A stretch of 64,000 nt of DNA, from positions 124,001 to 188,000 of the forward strand of contig JALAGF010004837.1 of NCBI GenBank assembly GCA_030167865.1. Reading direction: 5' to 3'. Positions within the stretch are counted from its first letter, which is position 1. The number at the start of each line of letters is the position of its first letter. Positions 1-9,142 of this stretch are shown here, piece after piece. The notes beneath the pieces were generated by a model that searched no databases, was not told the origin of the DNA, and saw nothing but the letters and a program-made list of their open reading frames with translations. The DNA is from Craspedostauros australis. Its lineage: Eukaryota. A program made the translations under genes and the position numbers.

Positions 1-741
1 TGCGCTATGGTCTCGAAATGGAATCGAGTAGAGCGGAATAGGTATGGTGAGTGGCGTGACGTACTTCCTCTTTCGCCCTCCAGGCATCAATGTCGATCGA
101 GCGAGCACCTCTATCATTCACACACACGAGCGCAAACACATGATGAACAAGATTTCTGGTGGCCACAACACGTTTGATTCGTTTGGGGTTGCGGTAATAT
201 TCTATATTGTTCATTTCTATTTTTGTCCGTTACTGGGACATGTTTAGTTTTGAATTTGAATACACGAATGAGATGGTTGTTATGTAAGTCTACAACATCC
301 ACGGTAGACATACACGTTCCACACAAAACGGGACCGGAGGGTGTCCTCTTTCAATCCGTTTCGACTACTTGCAGAATTCGACAGTGCGGAAATAATATTG
401 TCGTATTCCGATTTTCATTTCTATCGTTCGAATTATTCGTGAACTTTGTGATGTGGCGTCATCGATTTGCTTGTTCGGAAGCGAGTCGTGTCCGTGTTTC
501 ATGTGCGAATTTGTGTTGGTGGCATTCTTGTTGGAAGACGCACGTTCGTTCCACCATCGTCTCACAAACACGTTTCTCGCACGCCCGCGACAACTCATCA
601 CAGCGCAAGTCTGAGCGCACTCTGATCCACACCATCCGACTCTTCTTGACAGGTTGGCCTGAAGACCGATGACGGCAAAGAGAAGCAGCTGTGACCTTCC
701 CATTCTTCTCCGTTCGTATCGTAGTTGTCGTCGAGTAAGAC

Positions 742-1935
742 ATGGCTTGCTACAAAATGACACTCGCGACATTGGTTCGAAGTCGGCCATTGGCAGGCCG
801 CACGGTGTCACAACCACTGCTGAGAGGGCTGTCATCATCTTCTTCCGTCGTTGCCGCTGCCGCTTCTGGTGCCGATGTTGACGCTGATGCCAATGCCACC
901 TCCGCATCCACCAACGCGAGACATGGAAAATGTGGCGGCCACAAGCACGCGAGCAACACGGCGCAGCTGCACAACTTTCTTCCTGACGGATGCATGGGCT
1001 ACGGCCGCGGCTGGGCGTGGCAGCAAACCATCCTCAGCCGACGATTGAGATCTCGGAAGAGGGCGTCATCACAGAGCCAAACCAACTACAAGGAGGATCG
1101 CGATGCCATCATGTTGGTGGAGCACCAACCTGTATACACGCTCGGGCGAGGTGCCGATGAACATTATATCACGTTCATCAACCAAATGAGGGATGGGAAT
1201 GACATCGGCGATGATCCCATGTCGTCCACTGCATCCACATCATCACTGCCATCGGAACGGCAGAAAATCTTGAGCAAGCTATCTCGCACATCAAGGGGTC
1301 CAGGCAGCGCGCGCCTTTCGATCGACCGACGGTATATCGACGAAGATGCCTTGGCCAAGCTGCCCATGCACGAGGCCGTGCAGGAGCTCAGCGCGATGGC
1401 ATCGCCCGTCATCGCCCCCAACGGCGCGCCCATCTACCGAGTCGAACGCGGTGGTGAGGTCACCTTCCATGGTCCGCAACAGCTTGTTGTCTATCCCATG
1501 TTTGATTTGCAACGGTCACCATTCCGCAAGGATCTGCATTGGTACTTGCGTCAGTTGGAGGATGTCGTCATCCGGACGTTAGCACGCTACGGCATCGCAG
1601 GTGTACGCGATGAGATCAACACGGGCGTGTGGGTGGACAAACGCAAAATTGCCGCGGTTGGAGTGTCCTCGTCCAGATGGATTACGACGCACGGGTTTGC
1701 GTTGAATGTCGATCCGGATTTGTCCTACTTCGACACATCGGTCATCATCCCGTGCGGCGTCGAGGGACGTGGTGTGACAAGTATGAGAGCCGAAATCCAG
1801 AAGCATCAGCAACGACAACGCGAAGAAGGCACAGCGATATGTCCGTCACTGAGTGACGTCGCTGCCGTGGTGATGGATGAGCTGGAGCGAGTGTTTGATG
1901 TCTCCGTCGCACGGAATGGGACACGAGGAATCTAA
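742..1935 (+). CDS. lipB: Lipoyl(octanoyl) transferase LipB/LIP2, probably mitochondrial
   Basis: 397-aa ORF with LipB motifs EHQPVYTLGR, RGGEVTFHGPQQLVVYP, KIAAVGV, HGFALNV and IIPCG. The Arg/Ser-rich N-terminus resembles a mitochondrial presequence. Confidence 0.93.
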   Translation: MACYKMTLATLVRSRPLAGRTVSQPLLRGLSSSSSVVAAAASGADVDADANATSASTNARHGKCGGHKHASNTAQLHNFLPDGCMGYGRGWAWQQTILSRRLRSRKRASSQSQTNYKEDRDAIMLVEHQPVYTLGRGADEHYITFINQMRDGNDIGDDPMSSTASTSSLPSERQKILSKLSRTSRGPGSARLSIDRRYIDEDALAKLPMHEAVQELSAMASPVIAPNGAPIYRVERGGEVTFHGPQQLVVYPMFDLQRSPFRKDLHWYLRQLEDVVIRTLARYGIAGVRDEINTGVWVDKRKIAAVGVSSSRWITTHGFALNVDPDLSYFDTSVIIPCGVEGRGVTSMRAEIQKHQQRQREEGTAICPSLSDVAAVVMDELERVFDVSVARNGTRGI

Positions 1936-2071
1936 TACAGCTCACACATTTGAACACGATATTACTCAATCTTGGATGCAAGCCGCTAGCTTCCAAGACA
2001 ACATAAAGCGTTATGAAGACCCCATTGTGGTGGCAACGGTGGAAGTCGAAACCGCTGGATCTTTTCCTCGA

Positions 2072-3793
2072 TCACTCCGTATCAGAATCAGAGTCGATCA
2101 TCCCAGACAGGGTGCTAGCTGCTGCGCTTCGCGCACTTTTGTTCGGTTGACGGTGCCCTCCAGTTTCTGCTTCGCTCTGGCTGCTGTCTCCGTCAAGCAA
2201 CGCTTCCAACTTTGACCGCCGTGATGTTTTGGGTGTCGTTGCCGTCGGTCTTGTGGCTGTTGTTGCTTTTGTGTCTGATGTGCTATTTCGGGTGTCTGGG
2301 ATCAGTTTGCGTTGTTCGCTCTTCGCAACATCATTCTTCTTACCTTGCTTCTTATTCTCCTTCCTTTGCTGCTGCTTCTCCTTTCGCAGTTTACTTGATC
2401 TCACTACCATGGCAAGTAGCTCGTCGTCATCCAGATCAGAGTCGCCGTTCGAGTCATCGTCTTGTCTCTTCCGCGGTGGTTTCATTGAACCTGGCGTTTC
2501 CTTTGACTTTGACTTTGCTGTTGACGTCGGCTTCTTCTTCACAACTACGCTTCTTTTCATGCTCGCGAACCCATCGGAATCGAGGATTGTTGTGTCCATG
2601 GAATCATCCATCGCATCAGATACAGCAGGAGCACCAGCGTCATTCGCAAGCTTCTTGCGTTTCCTCTTCGTGCTGCGATTTCCAATCGCAACGCCTTTCA
2701 CCGATGCGGTTGTTCCCGCCGATGGGACGGGTTCCGCCGTTGGCTTGAGATCATCGGGAGCGTGATTTCTGTGTGTGAGAGCTCGCCCTGGCGTACTCTG
2801 CAACCTGGTGACTTCGTCACGCAGCTCTCGGATCGTGCTCTGCGACCTCTTCTTCGCTTTTTCAAAAACGTGCAAGAAATTATGCAACAGCTGATCGCGA
2901 TCGTTCTGCCAGTGCTGCAACGATAGCTTTTCTGCGGTATCCTTCCAGGTGTTTAGCTTCTTTCGAAGCAGTGCATTCTCACTTTCCAAGAGCCGTGCTT
3001 GCTCTTGGGAGTTGTTCAACGCTTCGCCGATGGTGGTCATAAATGACAGCATCGATGGTGTTGATGGACCTCGAGTTACGTTGTCTGCGTTCGGCATGAC
3101 CGTGCGACTATTGGAGGCGGAGGTGGAACTGGCTGCTCTTGAATTCGTAGCGCACCCGGAGGCAATCTGCCGACGAGATTGGTACTTGAGGATACCTTTG
3201 TACGCCACCGTCCGAGCACCGGTTGATTCCACTCGCTGTTTGATTGTGAGCTGCAACGCCTTGGCTGATTCGTACCCGAACTGGATATTGATGTGCGGAT
3301 GCTTCGAATTGTCATTCAGAAAGTGGTTGGCGAGGTCGTTTCGGTCTACTTGCGACACCTTGACATCACAGGCTGGCAAATCTAACGTGAAGAGGTCCTG
3401 CCCGTTGCAGACGGCGAGGTGGATCGTTTCGTTGCTGTCGGCATCTTCCTTGTTCTTGACCTTGGCCTTGCCTTCCTTGGATTTTGTGACATCTACCTCT
3501 ATCTCTTCCACTTGGTCATCCTCTTCCTGCACGTGGCCTTCAGCTTCTGACTTCTCGCAAACTGCGGATGCCTGTGCGCGCACGGACACAGAAAGGAGCC
3601 CTTCTGTTGGAAAGGTTGCTTTCTTTGGGTTGGACCCCGCCGACGACCCCTTCTGGAGCGCCAGAATCAGCGACCGAGTGCCCACGCAATTCATCTGCTC
3701 CATCGTCACCCCTGGTTGCAGTTTGTCGAAGCACTCGTATAGCACGTGGATGCTTGAGATACCAATGCTGGGGCTTGTGGCAATGAAGAGCAT
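2072..3793 (-). CDS. XRCC4-like protein (globular head, coiled-coil stalk, charged disordered tail)
   Basis: 573-aa ORF. A beta-rich N-terminal part is followed by a coiled coil ending DQLLHNFLHVFEKAKKRSQSTIRELRDEV, which recalls the XRCC4 ligase-IV-binding helix (F..VLNEKK.KIR.L). The tail is K/D/S-rich with NLS-like KRKRKK. Family assignment is by eye. Confidence 0.5.
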   Translation of the reverse strand: MLFIATSPSIGISSIHVLYECFDKLQPGVTMEQMNCVGTRSLILALQKGSSAGSNPKKATFPTEGLLSVSVRAQASAVCEKSEAEGHVQEEDDQVEEIEVDVTKSKEGKAKVKNKEDADSNETIHLAVCNGQDLFTLDLPACDVKVSQVDRNDLANHFLNDNSKHPHINIQFGYESAKALQLTIKQRVESTGARTVAYKGILKYQSRRQIASGCATNSRAASSTSASNSRTVMPNADNVTRGPSTPSMLSFMTTIGEALNNSQEQARLLESENALLRKKLNTWKDTAEKLSLQHWQNDRDQLLHNFLHVFEKAKKRSQSTIRELRDEVTRLQSTPGRALTHRNHAPDDLKPTAEPVPSAGTTASVKGVAIGNRSTKRKRKKLANDAGAPAVSDAMDDSMDTTILDSDGFASMKRSVVVKKKPTSTAKSKSKETPGSMKPPRKRQDDDSNGDSDLDDDELLAMVVRSSKLRKEKQQQRKENKKQGKKNDVAKSEQRKLIPDTRNSTSDTKATTATRPTATTPKTSRRSKLEALLDGDSSQSEAETGGHRQPNKSARSAAASTLSGMIDSDSDTE

Positions 3794-4156
3794 CCAAAAC
3801 GGAGACGAGAGAGGAACATGGAAGCAATCCCTCGGTTCCAGATTTCGGACATGGTGTCTTCTTCAATTTCGGTTGGCGCCAAAACCTGGATCCAAAAGGA
3901 ACTGTGTCAGTACAATTCACAGCATCCAAAAGATCCAACATGTCAACGCCAATCCTCGACCTGCCGGCGTCGCGATGCGGAGCTTGCTCGATCATCTCAT
4001 CAATCCATCCAACTCACCCAACCTTGCAGACGCCTTCATACCTACTCGCGAGCGATCAATGATTCCTTCGCGCACGCCCATTTGATCGGACATCGTGTGG
4101 AACCAAACAAATCACCCATGACATATCCGGGTACACAAAAGTGCAGACACACCTTG

Positions 4157-5269
4157 ATGGCTCTGATTGCACTCACCACATCCGCTGCATTGCGAAACAT
4201 CTTCGTCCGAGGGTTCGTATCACCGCGAGTACGCTTTGGCGCTGCGCATCGAAGTTGCGCTGCGTCGTGTACGAACGTGGCATCCAGATCTTCATCGTCC
4301 GGCCAAAGCGAGTCAACAGCCGAAGCGCCTGAAATGCCATCGACGCAGCTCGAGATCGAGCAGAAGTTCTCGCTGATCGGTGCGGGCGATAACAGCAACG
4401 GCAGCAGCGACAGCGACAAAGGCAACAGCAAAGAAGTCCAACAGAGGTTGCAACGGATTGGATTCGTGGAGGCTTCCAACCTGGCATTCGTGGACTGGTA
4501 CTACGATACGGATGATCTCCAACTAAGTGTGCGTGATGCATGGTTGCGATATCGGCATCTTGCAAACGATGTCGACAAAGGCAAATGGCAGCTTAAGGAG
4601 GGTGCCAATCAAGATGCAGCAGCAAAGGAAACATCGTCATCGGCGACTGCGATGGCTGCATCCAATACCACCGTTTACCTGGAGACAGAAGGTGACGAGG
4701 CGGTCAGAAAAGTAATCGAAATCATCCAAGGCCAGGCGGTACCCTCGCAAAGAGAACAGCAGAAGCAGCAGCAGCAGCAACTGCAAACGAACGTTCCTTC
4801 CATTCGGTCGTCGTTCGATGAATACGATAGTCCTGTACTACCGTCTTTCACGCCGCCTGATCTTGGCTTGCAGCCCTTCTGTCGCATCGGCACGGAGCGA
4901 TCATCTTGGACGTTGGATCCAACCATGGACGCTGTGATATTAGCACATCACAAGCACGCTGGCATGGCAGTCGATCTAGACGTTGCTGATACAGGGTATG
5001 CAGTGGGCGAAGTGGAGGCGATTGTTGCTGTTTCTGAAAGCAAGGATCGCGACGGGAACAGTCAGCAAGCCAACGATGTTGCCATTGCACGACAGCGGGT
5101 CCAACAGCTTATCCAGGAGATCAGCTTCGCCGAATATGACGATGCGGCAACACCAGCACCACCAGTCGGGAAGCTGGAACATTACCTCATGAACAAACGT
5201 CCTGAGCACTACGCGATCTGCATGAATGGTGGAATCTTTGGAGTTCCACCCGACAGCGGAGGTGAATGA
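4157..5269 (+). CDS. CYTH-domain protein, thiamine triphosphatase-like
   Basis: ExExK motif LEIEQKF, plus DWYYDTDDLQLSVRDAWLRYR, WQLK, VDLDVADTGYAVGEVE and GKLEHYL. The ORF is open from 3818; ATG 4157 (MALIALTTSAALRNIFVRGF, presequence-like) is the likely start. Confidence 0.75.
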   Translation: MALIALTTSAALRNIFVRGFVSPRVRFGAAHRSCAASCTNVASRSSSSGQSESTAEAPEMPSTQLEIEQKFSLIGAGDNSNGSSDSDKGNSKEVQQRLQRIGFVEASNLAFVDWYYDTDDLQLSVRDAWLRYRHLANDVDKGKWQLKEGANQDAAAKETSSSATAMAASNTTVYLETEGDEAVRKVIEIIQGQAVPSQREQQKQQQQQLQTNVPSIRSSFDEYDSPVLPSFTPPDLGLQPFCRIGTERSSWTLDPTMDAVILAHHKHAGMAVDLDVADTGYAVGEVEAIVAVSESKDRDGNSQQANDVAIARQRVQQLIQEISFAEYDDAATPAPPVGKLEHYLMNKRPEHYAICMNGGIFGVPPDSGGE

Positions 5270-5423
5270 AGGCATCTTTGCTTGGCACTGCTCCAGCACT
5301 ATCATACACCAGCGCAGTACGACGCACTCATACACTCATACAAACTCGGAGTAGATGAGTACGAACAGGGAGGGAAGAAGTGCGCCAAAATCCCCAACAT
5401 TCGTTAGTTCGCCTGTCGTGGCC

Positions 5424-6995
5424 TTACATGTCGGCAAAGAACTTCTCGCTCTCCGTTTTGAATCGCTTTTTCAGTCTATGATTCTTGCCGCCCCCACTTC
5501 CGTCTTCATCATCGTCAGAGGAATCCATGTCGCTATCATCGCTGTCTTTTTCATCACCGTCGTCGTCGTCGTCGTCATCTTCCCATTCATCGTCGCTGTT
5601 GTTTGCTCCGGCAGCAGAAGCAGAGGCCGCCGCTGCCGGCTTAGAAGTCATACTGGCAAAGGCAGAGCCAATGTTGTCACTGCCATCCGAATTGTTATCG
5701 TCACTATCATCATTGCCATTTTCATCGCAGTCGTAGTCATCACCCAATATCCTCGCGTCCCATAGCTTCACTATGGGACTGTGGGACAAGCTGGCCACCA
5801 TGTGACGGTTGGCATTGAAATCCAGCTTCTCGATCGGAAATCCTCCGTGCCCATCTCCCAACACACCCAAGAATTTATCGGGATGGATCTGCACAACTCT
5901 GATGAGGCCATCGGACGATCCCGTCAGCAGAACATCATCATCCACCTTCAGTAAGGCATCGATGGACGATGGATGTCCGGGCATGCGGTCGCTGATATCT
6001 CCCCACGTCCCGTACGACCAAACGGCAAGAATCCCTTCCGCCGTGCCACAAACGACCTTCTTAGTGTGCTTCATGATCTGGATGGAGAGCAATTCGTCTT
6101 CTTGATCATCGGAGAGCCGAAAGTTTGTGACTGGCGCATTCTTGTTCTTTTTCTTCTTCCCTTTTGGATTCGGCGGTAGCTGCTTGCGCAGATCGAATGC
6201 ACCGAGCCGCCCATCTGCCGAAGCCGCCAACAAGGTGTGCTCATCTGGGTGCAGATCAAAATCTGAAATGTAATCCTTGTGTTCGCTCCAACTCTGGACG
6301 CAGGCCTTGTTGCGATGAGACGATCCCGCCGTTGCCGAAGCTGCTGCAGCTGCTGGAATGGAAGACGAGCACAGTCGCAAATCCCAGATGCGCACCCCGC
6401 CGTTATCATCCCCAACCGCAAGCAGAGGTGATTTGTGAAACGGTTGGAGAGATTGGATGGGACTGGGCTTGGCTCCCGTGCTGTCATCGATCCGCCAAAG
6501 CATGCACGAATCAACGGAATTGGATGTGGAAAAGATGCTTGCACGTTCAGCATCGATGGCACAGAGATCTCCATAAAAGCCTCCCGTGAAGAGGGTGGAT
6601 CCGTCCGGTGAGAATGCGACGGATCGACACGAGGGTTTGGTGTTCAATTTCTTTTGCTTGCTTGGTTTCTTTGCCTTGGAGTCGCTGTCGTCATCGTCAT
6701 CATTGCTGCCGCCACTATTGTCGCTGTTGTTCTTGTTCTTGTTGTCGTTGTCGTTAACAGCATCCATCTTGATCTGTATGTGCCGAGGTGGCTTGATGTG
6801 GACATCGAAAGAAGCCAGGATAGAATCAGGCTCGTCGTCGTCTTCCAGATCTTCCTCTATGAGGATATCATGGATCTCCAATGAACCATCGACCAATCCG
6901 CACGCCAGGACGTTTTCCTTCTTCGGGTGGAAGGCAACATCAAGCGCCTGCTCGGAGCATTCGATGCTGGGAAGGTACTGTCGTCGTGATGCCAT
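5424..6995 (-). CDS. WDR55: WD40-repeat protein WDR55/JIP5 (ribosome biogenesis)
   Basis: WD repeats (GGVRIWD, HKDYISDF, VKLWD) and the family segment SDDQEDELLS...VVCGT.EG.L..WS.G.WGDISDR.PGHP.SIDAL...LLTGSSDGLIR. Acidic tail ends FFADM. Confidence 0.85.
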   Translation of the reverse strand: MASRRQYLPSIECSEQALDVAFHPKKENVLACGLVDGSLEIHDILIEEDLEDDDEPDSILASFDVHIKPPRHIQIKMDAVNDNDNKNKNNSDNSGGSNDDDDDSDSKAKKPSKQKKLNTKPSCRSVAFSPDGSTLFTGGFYGDLCAIDAERASIFSTSNSVDSCMLWRIDDSTGAKPSPIQSLQPFHKSPLLAVGDDNGGVRIWDLRLCSSSIPAAAAASATAGSSHRNKACVQSWSEHKDYISDFDLHPDEHTLLAASADGRLGAFDLRKQLPPNPKGKKKKNKNAPVTNFRLSDDQEDELLSIQIMKHTKKVVCGTAEGILAVWSYGTWGDISDRMPGHPSSIDALLKVDDDVLLTGSSDGLIRVVQIHPDKFLGVLGDGHGGFPIEKLDFNANRHMVASLSHSPIVKLWDARILGDDYDCDENGNDDSDDNNSDGSDNIGSAFASMTSKPAAAASASAAGANNSDDEWEDDDDDDDGDEKDSDDSDMDSSDDDEDGSGGGKNHRLKKRFKTESEKFFADM

Positions 6996-7532
6996 GCTGG
7001 TAGGACGTGACAATAGAACAAAGCAGAACAGAGCAGGGCAGAACAGGGTGAGGTAGAGTGTTTGAAATGGGAATTGGAGAATGCGATGATACCATACACG
7101 CTCCTATGCACTACTCATACTTCCATTGTATGTAAGTAGTACGATGCTTCGTGGAGAGTCGTCATGTTCTGTGATGAGTTGCCGGAAAGGAGGTGGAACA
7201 ACGTCGGTGAGCGGATTGGTTGGCATCATTTGTTGGTCTGTCCGTACGCCCGTAAATCAGTAAAATTGATGAAACCAACCACCAACAAAAGGCAGAACAA
7301 ATCGGAACTTCATGTTTAACACCAACAGCAACAGCAACATCAACAGCAACGCCGGGGGAACGCCATGGCCAACACATCACCGACTTGTCACATACGGAAT
7401 CCCATCGCCGTCGACGCACGAGAGGCAAAGATACGCGTACAGTGAGAGACAGCAGTCGTCTGCAATTACTGGTGGAATACAAGAGAGAAACGCGTCGCAC
7501 AGTTGTTCTCATTCAACATCACAGTGCACACG

Positions 7533-8054
7533 ATGCCCGTCACCGTTGAGATTCCCAAGGTGGAAAAGACCAAGGTGATCGGCCACCTGACGAACGACGG
7601 CGCCTTCGACATGGTCTCACGATTCCTGGCAACCGAACAGGCCAAAGAGTCCGACGCCGGCGTGTCTGGCAAGACGCTGTCGGCGTCCTCCTTCTTCCAG
7701 ACCTGGTGCGATCTCCGCATCGCCTGCAACGCTATCCTGGGCGACGATAACGAAGGCGATCGCGACGCTGTGCCAACGTGGCATGTGCCCGTGGAGGACG
7801 ATGCTGACGATGTGATGGAATCGCCAGGCCGCGATGGCAAGCGCAAGTCGAGACGGGTGTCCTTGGACGGCAACGAGGAGAGACAGAAATCCGCGAAGCG
7901 AGACAGGAAAGATCGAAAAAAGAAGAGAGAGAGAGACGAAGGTGGCTCGAAACCTAAGCGCGCCAAACGCGACAGAGGCAAATCGGAAAACGAAGAAACA
8001 CCTCCAGCGGCAGTGAAGACAGAAGCAGGAGTGACGCCCAAGGAGGAGCAATAG
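7533..8054 (+). CDS. Hypothetical small protein with K/R-rich C-terminus (likely nuclear)
   Basis: 173-aa ORF from ATG 7533 with coding-like codon usage. Folded-looking N-terminal half and a basic low-complexity tail (KRDRKDRKKKRER). Confidence 0.6.
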   Translation: MPVTVEIPKVEKTKVIGHLTNDGAFDMVSRFLATEQAKESDAGVSGKTLSASSFFQTWCDLRIACNAILGDDNEGDRDAVPTWHVPVEDDADDVMESPGRDGKRKSRRVSLDGNEERQKSAKRDRKDRKKKRERDEGGSKPKRAKRDRGKSENEETPPAAVKTEAGVTPKEEQ

Positions 8055-8813
8055 CGGCATCATGAGCAGCATCAGTAGCGGGAACGTGGTCACGATACTG
8101 TAATCTACGCAAGAGTGCTTCGCATAGTCTCCAGTTGAGAGTCTGCCTTTGCGACTACATTGGCATTGCTGATGAAATGATACATGCCTATGAATATGTG
8201 CAGGCTACATACGGTAGGGAATGAGTGAGTAGAGTAGGGCACGGAAGTTGGTTGAGGTTGCGATCCATGGTTGTTGGTGTGCACTCAGCGAGGCTGTCAG
8301 TAATGGACAGAACTCAGTCGAGTTTGTGTTCGAGAAGTCTTCGTATCTCAGCTCTACATTCGTCGACCACTCTACGCACGCGTGTCATTTCATGGCATAC
8401 CCATATTAGTATACGCCATAGATAGTTCCCATTAAAGATACTGAATAATATTGTATCCTTGTTATGGTATATCATTACGTACTTGACGTTTCGAGATTGT
8501 GTATTGTTGGATTGGGCGACGTCAGCATCGGAGGGTCGCGAAACGGTGGACACGTCACGGAAGAAGATTGTTGACACCTGTGACGGCAGCCAAAACCACA
8601 TTTCCTTGAGCACTGATTGACGCAGCCATCTTCCCACGTTGCTGATGGAATCAGCCAACCAACGCCTTCGTGGCGACACAAAAGACCACATTCACGCATT
8701 CACACATTCACACATTCATGTTCACATCCACATCCACATCCGCATCTGCATCCGCATCTGCATCCGCGATCACACAGACGAGATCAGGAAAGCCCCTGCA
8801 TCGCCACCATTGC

Positions 8814-8912
8814 CATCCTCACTCCCATCAGTATCAGCATTAGCATCATCCTCACTCCCATCAGCATTAGCATCGGCATCATCCTCACTCCCTTCAGCAT
8901 CAGCATCAGCAT
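8814..8912. repeat. 33-bp tandem repeat x3 (CATCCTCACTCCCATCAG...AGCAT), preceded by CATCCG/CATCTG hexamer repeats
   Basis: Units start at 8814, 8847 and 8880. Hexamer run at about 8720-8766. Confidence 0.85.
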
Positions 8913-9142
8913 CAGCAAGAGCGGAAATCGGAGCACTTGGTAGAGGCCGGATCAGGAGCAAGAGTAGTAGGAGCGACAAGGACAAAACCACGCTTGGCTT
9001 GCACGGATTTGCAGCATTGGGGCTCTCCCATCAGGATTCCATTGGCGGTTAAAGAACAGAGTGCGGTGCGAGTAAGACAAAGCAGGCTACCCCTACGTCG
9101 TCAGCAACGCCTGCCATGTTGGTTCATCGCCGCAAAACATCG

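Noticed and set aside
1-743. Short ORFs at the window start, including one whose ATG overlaps the lipB ATG via CATG
   Set aside because: No motifs or coding-like codon bias. Treated as intergenic or promoter sequence.
2949-4085. 378-aa plus-strand ORF, and similar long antisense ORFs (38493-39542, 44750-45904, 60737-61831, 19698-20540)
   Set aside because: They lie antisense to well-supported genes, have no recognisable motifs, and are the expected shadows of biased codon usage or repeats.
8814-8912. 33-bp repeats considered as a CRISPR-like array
   Set aside because: The units are directly adjacent with no unique spacers, there are no cas genes, and the context is eukaryotic.
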